Part shown: piece after piece, positions 11,788 to 22,533 of the stretch
Numbering within the stretch: the stretch's first letter is position 1
Layout of the letters: every line of letters begins with the position of its first letter
DNA from: Schmidtea nova
Taxonomy: Eukaryota
Direction: 5' to 3'
Assembly: GCA_044892505.1 (NCBI GenBank)
Contig: CM097884.1
Coordinates: 72,230,001-72,294,000, forward strand
DNA length: 64,000 nucleotides
Made by a program: the position numbers and the translations under genes
Notes under the pieces: generated by a model
The model's database searches: none
What the model was told of the DNA's origin: nothing
Seen by the model: only the letters and a program-made list of their open reading frames with translations

Positions 11788-12711
11788 AATGGTGTCAGCA
11801 ACTCCCAAGTTGACCATGTTTCGGTCAAAATTCCAGCAATTTTTCAGAACCAGAGTCTGTGGTTCAAACAAGTGGAGGCTAGTTTCAAGATATCAAGAAT
11901 TACAGAAGAAACTACAAAATATTTTTATTTAATTTCAAATCTTCCAACAACAATGCTATCAAAATACGAACATCTATTGGACTCAGAAACCGAGCTTCCG
12001 TACTCAACTCTGAAAGAAGCAATCCTAGCAGAATTTGAGCTATCAAGAAAAATATCGATAACAGAATTGATGAGAGAAGAAAGCCTTGGAGATCGATCTC
12101 CATCAGAAGCACTTCAGCACATTACGGGGCAAATACAAAGAATAGATACAGCCATGGATCCATTCAACAGTCCTATATCTCGGGAATTGTTCATGCGACT
12201 ATTACCAAGCTCTGTTCAGGACATCCTATTATCGATGCCAACGACGGACCTTCAAAAATTAGCAGTCACAGCAGACAGAATAATGTTATCAAAGCGGCAA
12301 TCAGTAAAGACAGTTGAACACGAAAATTGCAATACTCAAGAGTTAGGAGATAAGACGAGAACAATTATGGAACTACAGGAAGAAATCAATGTAATACGTC
12401 AACAATTGAGGAATAAAAGCACCAGTAAGTTATGTTTTTATCATAGTAAATTTGGGCATAGGGCGAGGAAATGTCAGCCGCCATGTGATTGGAATGCAAA
12501 TCAGAACGACAACTATCGATCAGAAAAATACATCAGAGAGAAATATCAAAATCTTGAACCCTCAAACATATCCTCAATGAACAACAACAATTTCAACAAC
12601 AACAACAAATTCAACAACAACAACCAATTCAACAACAACAACAAATTCAACAACAACAACACTTTTAACAACAACAGAGAGAACCAGGGAAACGAGAGAA
12701 GGTTTCATTGA
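11776..12711 (+). CDS. gag: Gag (311 aa) with a C-terminal CFYH...C..PC knuckle and Asn-rich repeats
   Basis: VSVKIPAIF...LWFKQVEASF N-terminal motif and CFYHSKFGHRARKCQPPC. Confidence 0.92.
   Translation: MNLINGVSNSQVDHVSVKIPAIFQNQSLWFKQVEASFKISRITEETTKYFYLISNLPTTMLSKYEHLLDSETELPYSTLKEAILAEFELSRKISITELMREESLGDRSPSEALQHITGQIQRIDTAMDPFNSPISRELFMRLLPSSVQDILLSMPTTDLQKLAVTADRIMLSKRQSVKTVEHENCNTQELGDKTRTIMELQEEINVIRQQLRNKSTSKLCFYHSKFGHRARKCQPPCDWNANQNDNYRSEKYIREKYQNLEPSNISSMNNNNFNNNNKFNNNNQFNNNNKFNNNNTFNNNRENQGNERRFH
11790..11798 (+). promoter_or_regulatory. Primer binding site TGGTGTCAG (tRNA-Leu-like)
   Basis: Lies 2 nt after the LTR. Complementary to the ...CUGACACCA 3' end I recall for eukaryotic tRNA-Leu(CAA/CAG). 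Confidence 0.75.
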
Positions 12712-12754
12712 ACCCGAACAGTGAAACCTACAAAATCATATCCTCTTTCTCGGG
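12687..12754 (+). promoter_or_regulatory. Programmed -1 ribosomal frameshift signal (slippery heptamer plus predicted H-type pseudoknot)
   Basis: G GGA AAC in the gag frame at 12687-12693, then a 6-nt spacer. Stem 1 pairs 12700-12710 with 12719-12729. Loop CCCGA (12713-12717) is complementary to TCGGG (12750-12754). pol is in the -1 frame. Confidence 0.8.
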
Positions 12755-15668
12755 ACAAAGCAACTCACAAATATTCGAAATACCAGCAATCATAAATGGA
12801 GAACAAGTTAATTTTCTCATAGATACAGGCGCTGATCTCAGTATCCTTCCCGCAAACCGTTTCAAGCCTGATAGAAATGGAGAACATCGATCTTTAGTAT
12901 CCGCCAACAATTCATCAATCACATACCACGGGCAGAAAACAATTGAATTTACTATTGAAGGATTCAGAACTAAATTTATATGGTCTTTTGCTATAGCCGG
13001 CATATCTCGTCCAATCTTGGGTGCAGATTTCCTGGCCCGTCACAAAATCGATGTTAGTTGTTATTCCAGATCAATATGTTGCCCTAGCAGTAACGAAAGG
13101 GCAGAAGCGCGGAAAAGACTATGCGATAAGATTTGTGCTACAATCAACAATCAAACTACATTAACCACGAAACTACAAATTATCACCAACGGTTCCCCTG
13201 TAGCCCAAAGACAAAGACCACTTTTTGGAGAAAAATTAGTTGCAACAAAGAAAGAATTTGACAGACTCTTAAATGAAGGTGTAATTCGGGCAAGCAAGAG
13301 TGACTGGGCATCTCCATTAGTAGTAATTAAGAAGCCGGATGGGTCATGGCGGCCTTGTGGAGACTACAGAATGTTAAATGAAATAACCCAGCCTGACAGA
13401 TATCCACTTCCGAGGATTCAAGACTTACTGAACAAGATCAACAACCCTCATATATTCACTAAGTTAGATCTGGAAAAGGCATATCATCAAATTCCGATTT
13501 GTGACGAAGACATTTCAAAGACAGCAGTCATAACACCGTTTAGATTGTTCGAATATACAAAGATGCCTTTTGGACTTAGAAACGCCTCTTAAACGTTTCA
13601 GAGACACATGGACAACGTACTCCGAGAACATCAAGAACATTCCTTATCCTATATTGATGATGTTTTGATATTCTCCAAGACTGAAGCAGAGCATAAAGCA
13701 CACGTGTCGAGTGTGATGGCCAGTCTTCAAGCAGCTGGTCTCATAGTCAACCAGAGCAAATGCGAATTCCAAACCGAAAAGGTAAATTTTTTGGGTTTCG
13801 AATTAACAAAACAGGGAATCAAACCATCGAAGGAACGCACCTTAGCAATTAGCAATTTAAAGAAGCCAACCAATAGTCAAGATTTACGACGTTTTATTGG
13901 TGGCATCGGCTATTATCACTGGCTAATTCCAAGACTGTCAGATACACTGAGTCCACTGCATGACTTGTTACAAAAATCGGCCGATAAAAAGGAAGATCTC
14001 TTATGGCAAGACTGCCATACACAGGCCTTCATGAATGCCAAAAATTCCGTACGCGAAATCAGCAACGTCTCATACCCTAACCCATCCAAGCCATTCCTAT
14101 TATGCACTGACGCATCGTCTAAAGCAATTGGAGCAAGTCTAAGTCAAATCAACGAAGAAAATAAATCATTTCCTATTGCCTTCTTTTCCAGGAAATTAAA
14201 TTTAACCGAACAGAAATATTCTACTTTCGACAGGGAGTTATTGGCAATATTCTTATCTATAAAACATTTTAAGCATTTCTTAGACGGTTCTCATTTTACA
14301 GTCATGACGGACCACAAACCTTTACTACGAGCTAGACATATGAAAGATCCATCGCCAAGACAATGGCGAATAATCGAATACCTTGATCAATTTGATTTCA
14401 CCATCGAATTCATAAAAGGGGAAGACAATGTAGTTGCCGATCTCTTGTCCAGACAATGCAGTAATCAAGACCTACAAGTATCAACTGTGGAGATTAATTT
14501 CGTTGAATTCACTAAAGAAAGTTTAAAAGAAGAACAAAGGAAAGATCAGACCTTATCTACACTGAAAAATGCAAGTCTTCAGTTATGTAGTACTATAGAT
14601 GACATCCTCATTGACAACTCTACGGGGGAGACCAGAATAGTACTGCCAAAAATATTCCGATATCAAGAATTTCTAAGAATTCATAACATATCTCATCCAG
14701 CATCCAAACCAACGATAGAATTGATCAAAGCGAGATATGTGTGGCCACAGATGAAAAGTGACATCAGAGAGTGGTGTAGACAATGTCAAAGATGTCAAGG
14801 TGCAAAGGTAACAAGACACACACATGCTCCGTTAGGTACCATAGAAACCAAAGGAAGGTTTATCACAGTTCATCTAGATATAGTGGGTCCTCTGCCGAGC
14901 GTCAACAACAAAAGATATATCATGACTATGATAGACCGAGGAACGTCATGGGTTGAAGCAATTCCTATATATGATATCACAACAGATATGATAGTAAGAA
15001 CGTTTGAAAGAGAGTGGATCAGTCGTTTTGGTGTTCCAGAAATTGTTATAACAGATCAAGGAGCACAGTTTGAATCAGAAAAATTCTCCAATTTCTGTAA
15101 GGTAATGGGAATCGAAAGGAAGCGAACAACAGCATATCACCCTCAATCCAATGGGAAGATAGAAAGATGGCACAGAGCCATGAAAAACTCGATAAGAGCA
15201 GCATCAGAAAACTCATCCAAGACGTGGGCCCATGATCTCCCCAAGATTCTACTCAGTTTAAGAAACTGCACGAAGTCTAATGCGTCTCCATCGGCAGCGC
15301 AACTCACATTTGGTTGTCGAGCCAGATTACCCGGAGATTTTGTTATTAGTGAACCAATATTAACCAATATCGAAGACAATTTAGCATCGATTCAAGAGGA
15401 AATCGACTCACAACTAAGTAACAAAAAAACAAGCCAACCAAAACAATATAGTTTTGTAAGCAAACTATTTGTTAATTGCAAAAAAGTGTGGCTTCGAGCT
15501 GAATTTAGGAAGTCATTAGAAGATCCGTACACTGGACCATACGACGTTATAGAAAGATCCGATGACAATAAAACGTTAAAAATCAAAATTGGAGACCAAA
15601 TAAAGAATGTTAGCATCGACCGTCTTAAGCCATGGATTGGAGCTGATGAATTTGCTCCGCAATCTTAA
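12687..15668 (+). CDS. pol: Pol (protease, RT, RNase H, integrase) with one in-frame TAA at 13590-13592
   Basis: LIDTGAD; DLEKAYHQI, MPFGLRNA, YIDD; TDAS, RELLAI, TDHKPL, ADLLSR; HHCC, DIVG / TDQG / NGKIERWH; GPY motif. Confidence 0.95.
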
Positions 15669-15675
15669 GGGGGAG
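15667..15675 (+). promoter_or_regulatory. Polypurine tract AAGGGGGAG
   Basis: Overlaps the pol stop codon and ends 3 nt before the 3' LTR. Confidence 0.85.
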
Positions 15676-15678
15676 TTG

Positions 15679-15816
15679 TGTTGGAACATTAATTAATTAT
15701 TCAACACAATTATTTTAAAAACAATATTTTAAACAATTTGATTTGTTTAAATATGATGTGTTAGAGAAAATAAAAACTTTTAAATTAAACAGCGTGCTTC
15801 TTTTATGAATCTTATA
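15679..15816 (+). repeat. 3' LTR (138 bp)
   Basis: Identical to the 5' LTR and followed by the TSD AGAAT. Confidence 0.97.
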
Positions 15817-16470
15817 AGAATAATTATAACTATAAATCAATTTAGCCAAAACATTTATCCAAGATTTTTTTTCTTTTCAAAACAAAGTATTTTTAAATTT
15901 ATCATTCAGAGTCCGATTGAATCTTTCAACAACAACTGCCTTAAATTGCGAAAATACTTAGTAATGATTAATACCATTGATAATTTTTTTAACTTTATCA
16001 TTATAAAATTCTTTACCTAGAATAAAATTTAAATTAAATTAAAATCTTACCCAAATCAGTTTGTAAATTTCGAGGTTGTCCATCTGCAAATAAAGTTTTT
16101 ATAGCTTCAGCCATTTAATTTGCAGATTTAGTTTTTATTTGGAATTGTATGTGCATAGCGACTAAACACATCAATACAGGTCAAAATATATTTGTATTCA
16201 TTATTTATTTTAGAAAAAGGTATCATTTCCATTAAATCCATTTGCAATAAATCATCAACACCAATTGTTTTATAACTACGTGTATGAAATCTTTTCAACA
16301 TTGGTTTATTTAAACTATATGCCAATTGATCAGATAACCATTTTTGAGTATCTTTCTTTGAATTACTTACTCTTTTTAAAATTTTGTTTCCCGCAGCAAA
16401 CCCATTGGGATCTTTTAGGCTTGTCCAAATCTTTTTCAATTGATTTTTGGTTACCTTTTTGATTAATATT
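15817..16470 (-). pseudogene. Polinton integrase, 5' part (rve core)
   Basis: KWLSDQLAYSLNKP...LQMDLMEM...YKYILTCIDVFSRYA...LQTDLGK...VVERFNRTL. The frame continues across the Gypsy TSD as YSYNY|SPHKG. Confidence 0.9.
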
Positions 16471-16471
16471 T

Positions 16472-17230
16472 ACTTGGAAAAGAATGACAATGGCAATTAC
16501 CAATCCAAATTTAGTGGCACCCATGCTAATATCAAAAAATGGTGTATTCGCTAAAATCTTTTGAGAAGCATTATAAAGTAACAAGTGCAAAGAAACTACA
16601 GTGAAAATTGAGAATTATGAGAAATGTACAAATGAATTACCAGTAAGTGTTGGCAGGAAATTACTATTCATGGAACCGATAGCTTGAATAATTCTGAAGA
16701 ACAAGTCAACCGAAAACTTTACAATGTAGTCGTTTATTAGCTCCATTATATCGTCTAGTACAAAATTCATGGGTAGCATATCCAGGTTATCGATGAGTTA
16801 AAGCTCCAGATAAATTGGAATTAATAAATTCAGAGTACTTGGTAAATTTCACATCGATGAATAAAATGGCACAAATTTGTTATTTCCATCGAAAAAGGAA
16901 CTTGTGATTTTGGAAATGATTGATATGATTTTGCCAAATGGAGAAGGAAAGGTTAATTGCGAATATTTCTTTACACCTGACTACTTTAAACGAGCTACGT
17001 ATAAAACGATGGAAAAGATTTGGGGTAAATTTATGATTTTAGGAAAAACATGTCCAGATTTAATTGACATGTAATTGCAGTAACAATAAAGGTAATAATA
17101 TCACAAACATTGCATGCTCATAGAATATATGAAATTTCCTGATGGTCATTGAAAAATGATTATTGGTTTTATTCCATTTTGGCTAGATTCTTCATTACAA
17201 ATCATCAATACAAAGAAATGGGAAGTGAAA
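16472..17230 (+). pseudogene. Decayed chuvirus-like / gB-like class III viral glycoprotein (C-terminal half)
   Basis: Hand translation: MAITNPNLVAPML..GVFAKIF*EAL*SNKCKETTVKIENYEKCTNELPVSVGRKLLFMEPIA*IIL...CSRLLAPLYRL..W...LFPSKK...EKIWGKFMILG...LHAHRIYEIS*WSL. Motif order and spacing match the chuviral G consensus as I recall it. Confidence 0.75.
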
Positions 17231-17564
17231 GAGGACAATTGAAAAATGATCAAAAAAGTGAAGAATCACTATGCGATTACGAGGATAAAAATAATGACCA
17301 TAACAATAATAGCAATAGTGGAAGATCAGAACAGAAATCGTTTCGAAGAGGCATAAAAAAGTAGAAAAGAACCCGAATCCAGATTCTTGCTTGAACTAAT
17401 GCCAAAACATAACTGAAATCGATACTTTTTCTAAATGGTACACACTGAAATTTATGCCAACATCTTCTCTATATCTAAGTGAGAAGTTGAGAGAAATGAA
17501 ACCAGTTGATGAGATCAAAGTCGAATTAGAAAAGATTGAACCATGAAGCGCAGAAATTGAAAGA

Positions 17565-17830
17565 AATAATGTGCTTGGTTTGCCATGTAATTATGCATTT
17601 ATCACAATAGAGTTGGGAGGAAAATAGCCTCGAATATACATACAATTTAATAAAGGAAAAATTGAAGCGTTATTGGGTTCAGGCTCAAGTCACAGCATAG
17701 TATCGAAGAATTTCTTGACGAGACAAGAAAAAAAAGCCAACAATGAAAATTATTCAATGACGCATAATGTATTGAATATCGTTGGAAAAATAGAAGTTAA
17801 ACTGAAAATAGGAAATCAGGAAGTAACTCA
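17565..17830 (+). pseudogene. Gag zinc-knuckle and retropepsin remnant
   Basis: CLVCHVIMHLSQ*S fits CX2CX4HX4(C, mutated). It is followed by KIEALLGSGSSHSIVSKNFL, a DSG motif mutated to GSG. Confidence 0.55.
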
Positions 17831-18373
17831 TTGGGTATCGCGTATGAGAAAAAGCCTGTCAAATATTCTTTTGTGTTTTTGTCTACAACTACTTGATTTT
17901 CATATTATTATTATTATTTTTTGCTACTTATTATTTTTTAAACATGTTTTAGTTGATGCCGATACAAATTTAAACTTTAATATTTTTGGTGTGTGTGTAT
18001 GATGTTAGTTATTTACTCAAAGAATTGTGTAAAAAAGTAAGCATGGTTAGTAAAGCCTCCAATCCGAATATTCGAACTTTATATATATTCGCCTGGTTTT
18101 AAGTATTCGTTATTCTAATACTTTAAAAAGTATTCGTAAAGTATTCTCTCATATTTATATTATAAGATTTTTAATATTTTTCTAATTTTAATATTATTTA
18201 GTGTAAATTTGAGTATTAATTTCTAATTTAAAATAATTTGTTTAATTTGATAAATTTTATTTTATTTTTGAATTATTAATAATTTCATTTATAAGAATTT
18301 TTTTATAATCTAAAATTTTCATCTAATAAAATTTATCACCAAAAGCTTATTTAATTATTTATTAATTATTTAA

Positions 18374-18534
18374 TATCATAATTATCTTTTTTCACCTTTG
18401 ATCTTTTTTTATTATTATTATCAATAATTCTCATAATGACTATAGATCAAAATTTTTTTTTATAAACAATAACACTTATTGTTTATAAAAAAAAATTTTG
18501 ATCTATAGTCATTATGAGAATTATTGATAATAAT
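18374..18534. mobile_element. Foldback family copy with collapsed centre, inserted relative to duplication copy 1
   Basis: Palindrome ...GACTATAGATCAAAA...TTTTGATCTATAGTC... flanked by direct repeats AATTATTTAA(TAT) at 18364 and 18535. Only a single copy of this motif exists at the empty site 1872-1884. Confidence 0.85.
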
Positions 18535-19413
18535 AATTATTTAATATTCATAATTTAACCAAAATATATATTAAATATATAAATTAAAATAAAACATTAT
18601 AAAAATTACGGCTATTAAATGCCAAAAAATTTTACAATGAATTAGTATGTTTATTTTGCTAATTAGAGACAAGCTTATTTTTTAATGCTGCCATTTTTAA
18701 GTCTTCTGCTTATCTTTATGATTTTATGACAAAAAGCACTTATAACACATTGTTATGTCAACGATGGAATCGGATTTCTATTATTCTTTATAATTTAGCT
18801 TTCACAAATACTTGAGCCGATAAACAAGAAGCTATATACAAAATATTGGGAAAAGAATTGCACGTGGGTTGTGTGAGATATGAAGTAATATAAACATATC
18901 TAAAATTTTGTCATTTATCAAGAGAATACTGACTCGTCTGTATCTCCACGGAGAGTTAGAGTTATGCAAGTTATAAATCATGAATCTTACATTTTTGGAA
19001 AAAACATTTGCCGTAATAATTAGTTTATACGGATTTATTATCCTATTTACAGTTACTTTAATACAAAAGTATTGAATTCAAAGTATTGAATTTTTGTACT
19101 TAAAAGTTATAAGTTATTATTTTGTTTAGCTAGCCATGTCGAAATGATCATATGTATGGACTTATTTTTTACGGAAAGAAGACCAGTCACCAGTTGCCAT
19201 GTGTAATAAATGTGGTCGAAGTATGGGATGTAAAGGATCCACAAAATCTGCATTGATTAATCATTTGAAATCTCATGACATACTTATAAATAAGACTATA
19301 AACTACAATCCAATTGAAACTCAAAGTGTAAAAAAAGATAAAAATTGATAAACCGAATTTAATGAAGGAGGAATCTTTAGCAGAAATATTATCACGAGTA
19401 GCAGGAGTGGATA

Positions 19414-19476
<63 letters not shown>
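19414..19476. repeat. (TA)n microsatellite
   Basis: Direct sequence. Confidence 0.97.
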
Positions 19477-19478
<2 letters not shown>

Positions 19479-19744
19479 AGTAAGTGTGGACGGGGGAACA
19501 AAGACATATGACGTCATCGCGTGTGTGCATCCAATCAAAATCAAGTGACCCCCCCCCCGCCCCGGGGGGTACTTTTTTTTTTTTTGCGAAACGATGAGTC
19601 ATCAAAAAAAAATATTTTTTTTTCCAAAATTTTTAAAAATTCAAATTTTTTTTTAAAAAATTTCAAAATTTTCAAAAACTTTTAAATTTTCAAAATATAT
19701 ATATATATAAAAAAAATATGTTTCCCCTCGTCCACACTTCCTCC
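19477..19744. mobile_element. MITE-like element with about 25-bp TIRs and TA flanks
   Basis: GGAGTAAGTGTGGACGGGGGAACA (19477-19500) versus TGTTTCCCCTCGTCCACACTTCCTCC (19719-19744), with TA on both sides. Confidence 0.75.
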
Positions 19745-22533
19745 TACTCTCCCGTTTTTTCTCACGTACTTTTCGACATTTTATATGGATCTGATCAGGT
19801 TTTCAGTGTAACAATGTATAGGCAGAATTTAATTTTCTACAAGATGGCTTTATTCAAAATTTAAATTGTTGCGTATTGTGTTGTGCACACGTGTTTTAAA
19901 TTAAATTTGTATATTTCACCTAGATAAAGTAACTTTATTGAATTTTTGTTGTGAATTTTTTTATGTCAACTACTGTAATGAGTAATTCTAAAGCTTAAAA
20001 TCTAAAGGTTATTGTGACATGCAGTCCATTGATTAAAATAGCTATTCGGAAATTTAAATTTCTATTTTGAAAAAATTAAATGAAATTTATTGAAATTTTA
20101 TTTTGATGATTGGATTAAAAAGGTTTGTTTAAATAATAACTGAAAGTGAAGAAAATTTAAATAATTAAACAATTCATTATAGTTAAATAAAATTGAATTA
20201 AAAGAAAACTTATGATACGACCGACAGCTTCGTTGCGGGTAACCGGGCAACTACGTCTTCATAATTCTTTCTTGCACAATTGATACCGACAAAGTTCAGA
20301 AAAGGAGATGATGTTGACAAATTTATTGGAGAATGCGAAACGTTTTTTCAGTTTGCGAATTTTACAGGTGTCAAACAAGAAATAATATTCCAGTTTCGTT
20401 TGCTCATTTGTTATTGGTTTTTCTTTAGTTTTTGTTTTCAACTGCAAGAATTTTTAGAAGTTTTTCATATTGCTTGCAAAGTACTAGCTAAGAAACTGAA
20501 TTCAGAGCGATTTTGTTTGGTAGGTAATCTGATGACCACACGATTTGTGACATATCTCAGTAATAACCCTATGGGTATTATAAATTTAAAAAAATCAAAT
20601 CTGAAAATTATAAAGGTTCTCTTCATAAATTCTTTCAAAATTAATGGTATAACGGAGAATAGTTTGGTTTTTTAATTTTTTTTAATCTTACTCAATATTC
20701 AAAAGGTTGCCGTGATTATTTATACACCTCTTCCATCGCACAGGAAACATTTCAAGTTCTGTATAGAATACTTCAGTTTTCTTCATTAAATATTTTATAT
20801 CATTTTCACGTAGAATCATTCACTTTTATTCCCTTCATCTACTGTAAAGCAGTTTCATAGATAAAATTCATATTTACATACAAACGAGCACAATAAACTT
20901 TTAAAACCTCTCAGAACTAACAAAGTTCTTTTACTAAACAAATGTTTTTAAAACAAATTTCTTTTGTTTTTACAAGAAATTGAATATTATCCGCCATATA
21001 ACGAAGAATTATAACGAAACACCGCAGCTTTTCTACTTTTATTACAAATTTGTTTTTATCTATATATTTACCATTTTGTATAAAGAACCTGACCGATAGT
21101 ATAGAGAGGTTATAATGTACATACTTATTTGCATATTTGTTGATAATAAGTCCTTAAATACAACCACATATTATAAACTTCCTTAATTTTTATTATTTTT
21201 AATAATTAAGAGCCAATTAAAAACCTAATATAAATTTACTGGAAATAAGATTTCGGAGTCTGTAGGTACCCCGTCTTACTTTATACTTCCCGGTTCAACT
21301 TATTGCATAACTCCAGGATATTGCGGATATAAGGAATACTAACCGAATTATATCATAATGGCATTAATTCTATTCATTATATCTTGGAAATTGTGGATAC
21401 CTTATTATATTCTAGAATACAAAGATCTTCACGGGCACAAAAGAAATTCCTATGGGTTCGTAAGGGGTGGGGAGATTGAAAAATGTAACGAGGAGAGGAA
21501 GTTTTATCAAATATAATGTCACATATTTATTTAGTTTATTCGTAAAAAATCTTTCCGATTTCGCCATTGAAGAATAAAAATTAATATTAATATAAAATAT
21601 ATAAGGAATAATAATGTGGCAACAAATAATCAATTTTCTTCTATTATTGTTATTGCTAAAGACAACATTAAAAGTATTTGTCATTGATTATTTAATCTAT
21701 TATTTGTTGAAAATGTAAGTGTAATATGCATTTTTCAGTTCTAAACAGAATAAAAGAACAATATAATAACTACTCTTAACTACAGAATGGACAAAATGAA
21801 TGTTTTCAGTAGTCATTTGAAATATTTATTATAAAAATATGACGTCACAATGGTGACGGGTGTTGAGAAAATTCAGGACAAAATAAAATTTGGCCGTGCT
21901 TGAAATACAAAATAAAACTTGAAATTTCAATGATGACAATAAAATATTATAATGGAATTTCTGAAATCTACCGAATCAGCATAATCAAAGCCATGTAAAA
22001 TGGAAAAAACTAGTTTTGATTTGGAAGATTTCTTGGGATATTCAAAATAATTTTTCGAAAATAAATAGAAATTTTTTATTTAATAATAATTATTATAATA
22101 AATCTTAGTTAAAATGATTTTTTAACTTATTTTTATTGTAAAAAAATCCCAAAACATGTTAAAAAATCATAATTTCCTAGAAATTATTTAAAAATTAAAT
22201 AAAAATAGAATTGTAGACCAAAGATAATCTTTCAAAGCTTCTATAGTGATCTCATATTAAAATAAAGATAAAAGCTTTAAAATATATCTTTATAAATAAA
22301 ATTACCTGATAGCCATTTTAAAAGTGGTTAAATAATCTTTCACTGTGTATTCGAAAAATATTTATTTTTTCATCTTGAATTTAAATTTTTTGTTAAATAT
22401 TAAAAAAAATGTTGATCGATAGTCTGAAAAGAAATAGAGAAAAAAGAAATTGAAAATGACAATAGAAAATATATTTTTTGCAGTGTTGCAATTTATTATT
22501 CGATATGTGATTGTTTTTCAATTATGACTTCAG

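Larger units (their letters stand above)
11650..15816 (+). mobile_element. Full-length, young Ty3/Gypsy LTR retrotransposon (4167 bp)
   Basis: Identical 138-bp LTRs, 5-bp TSD AGAAT (11645-11649 and 15817-15821), PBS, PPT, gag, and pol in PR-RT-RH-IN order. Confidence 0.98.
17866..20387. repeat. Copy 2 of the inverted segmental duplication, with two extra segments (about 18374-18544 and 19477-19962)
   Basis: Reverse-complement match to 497-2384. Confidence 0.95.

Noticed and set aside
13590-13592. Programmed stop-codon readthrough in pol
   Set aside because: The stop lies inside the RT core at a conserved Gln instead of at a gag-pol junction, and a -1 frameshift signal already explains pol expression.
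21240-21520. VGTPSY-containing frame as a kinase fragment
   Set aside because: There is no APE or other subdomain motif, and there is an internal stop.
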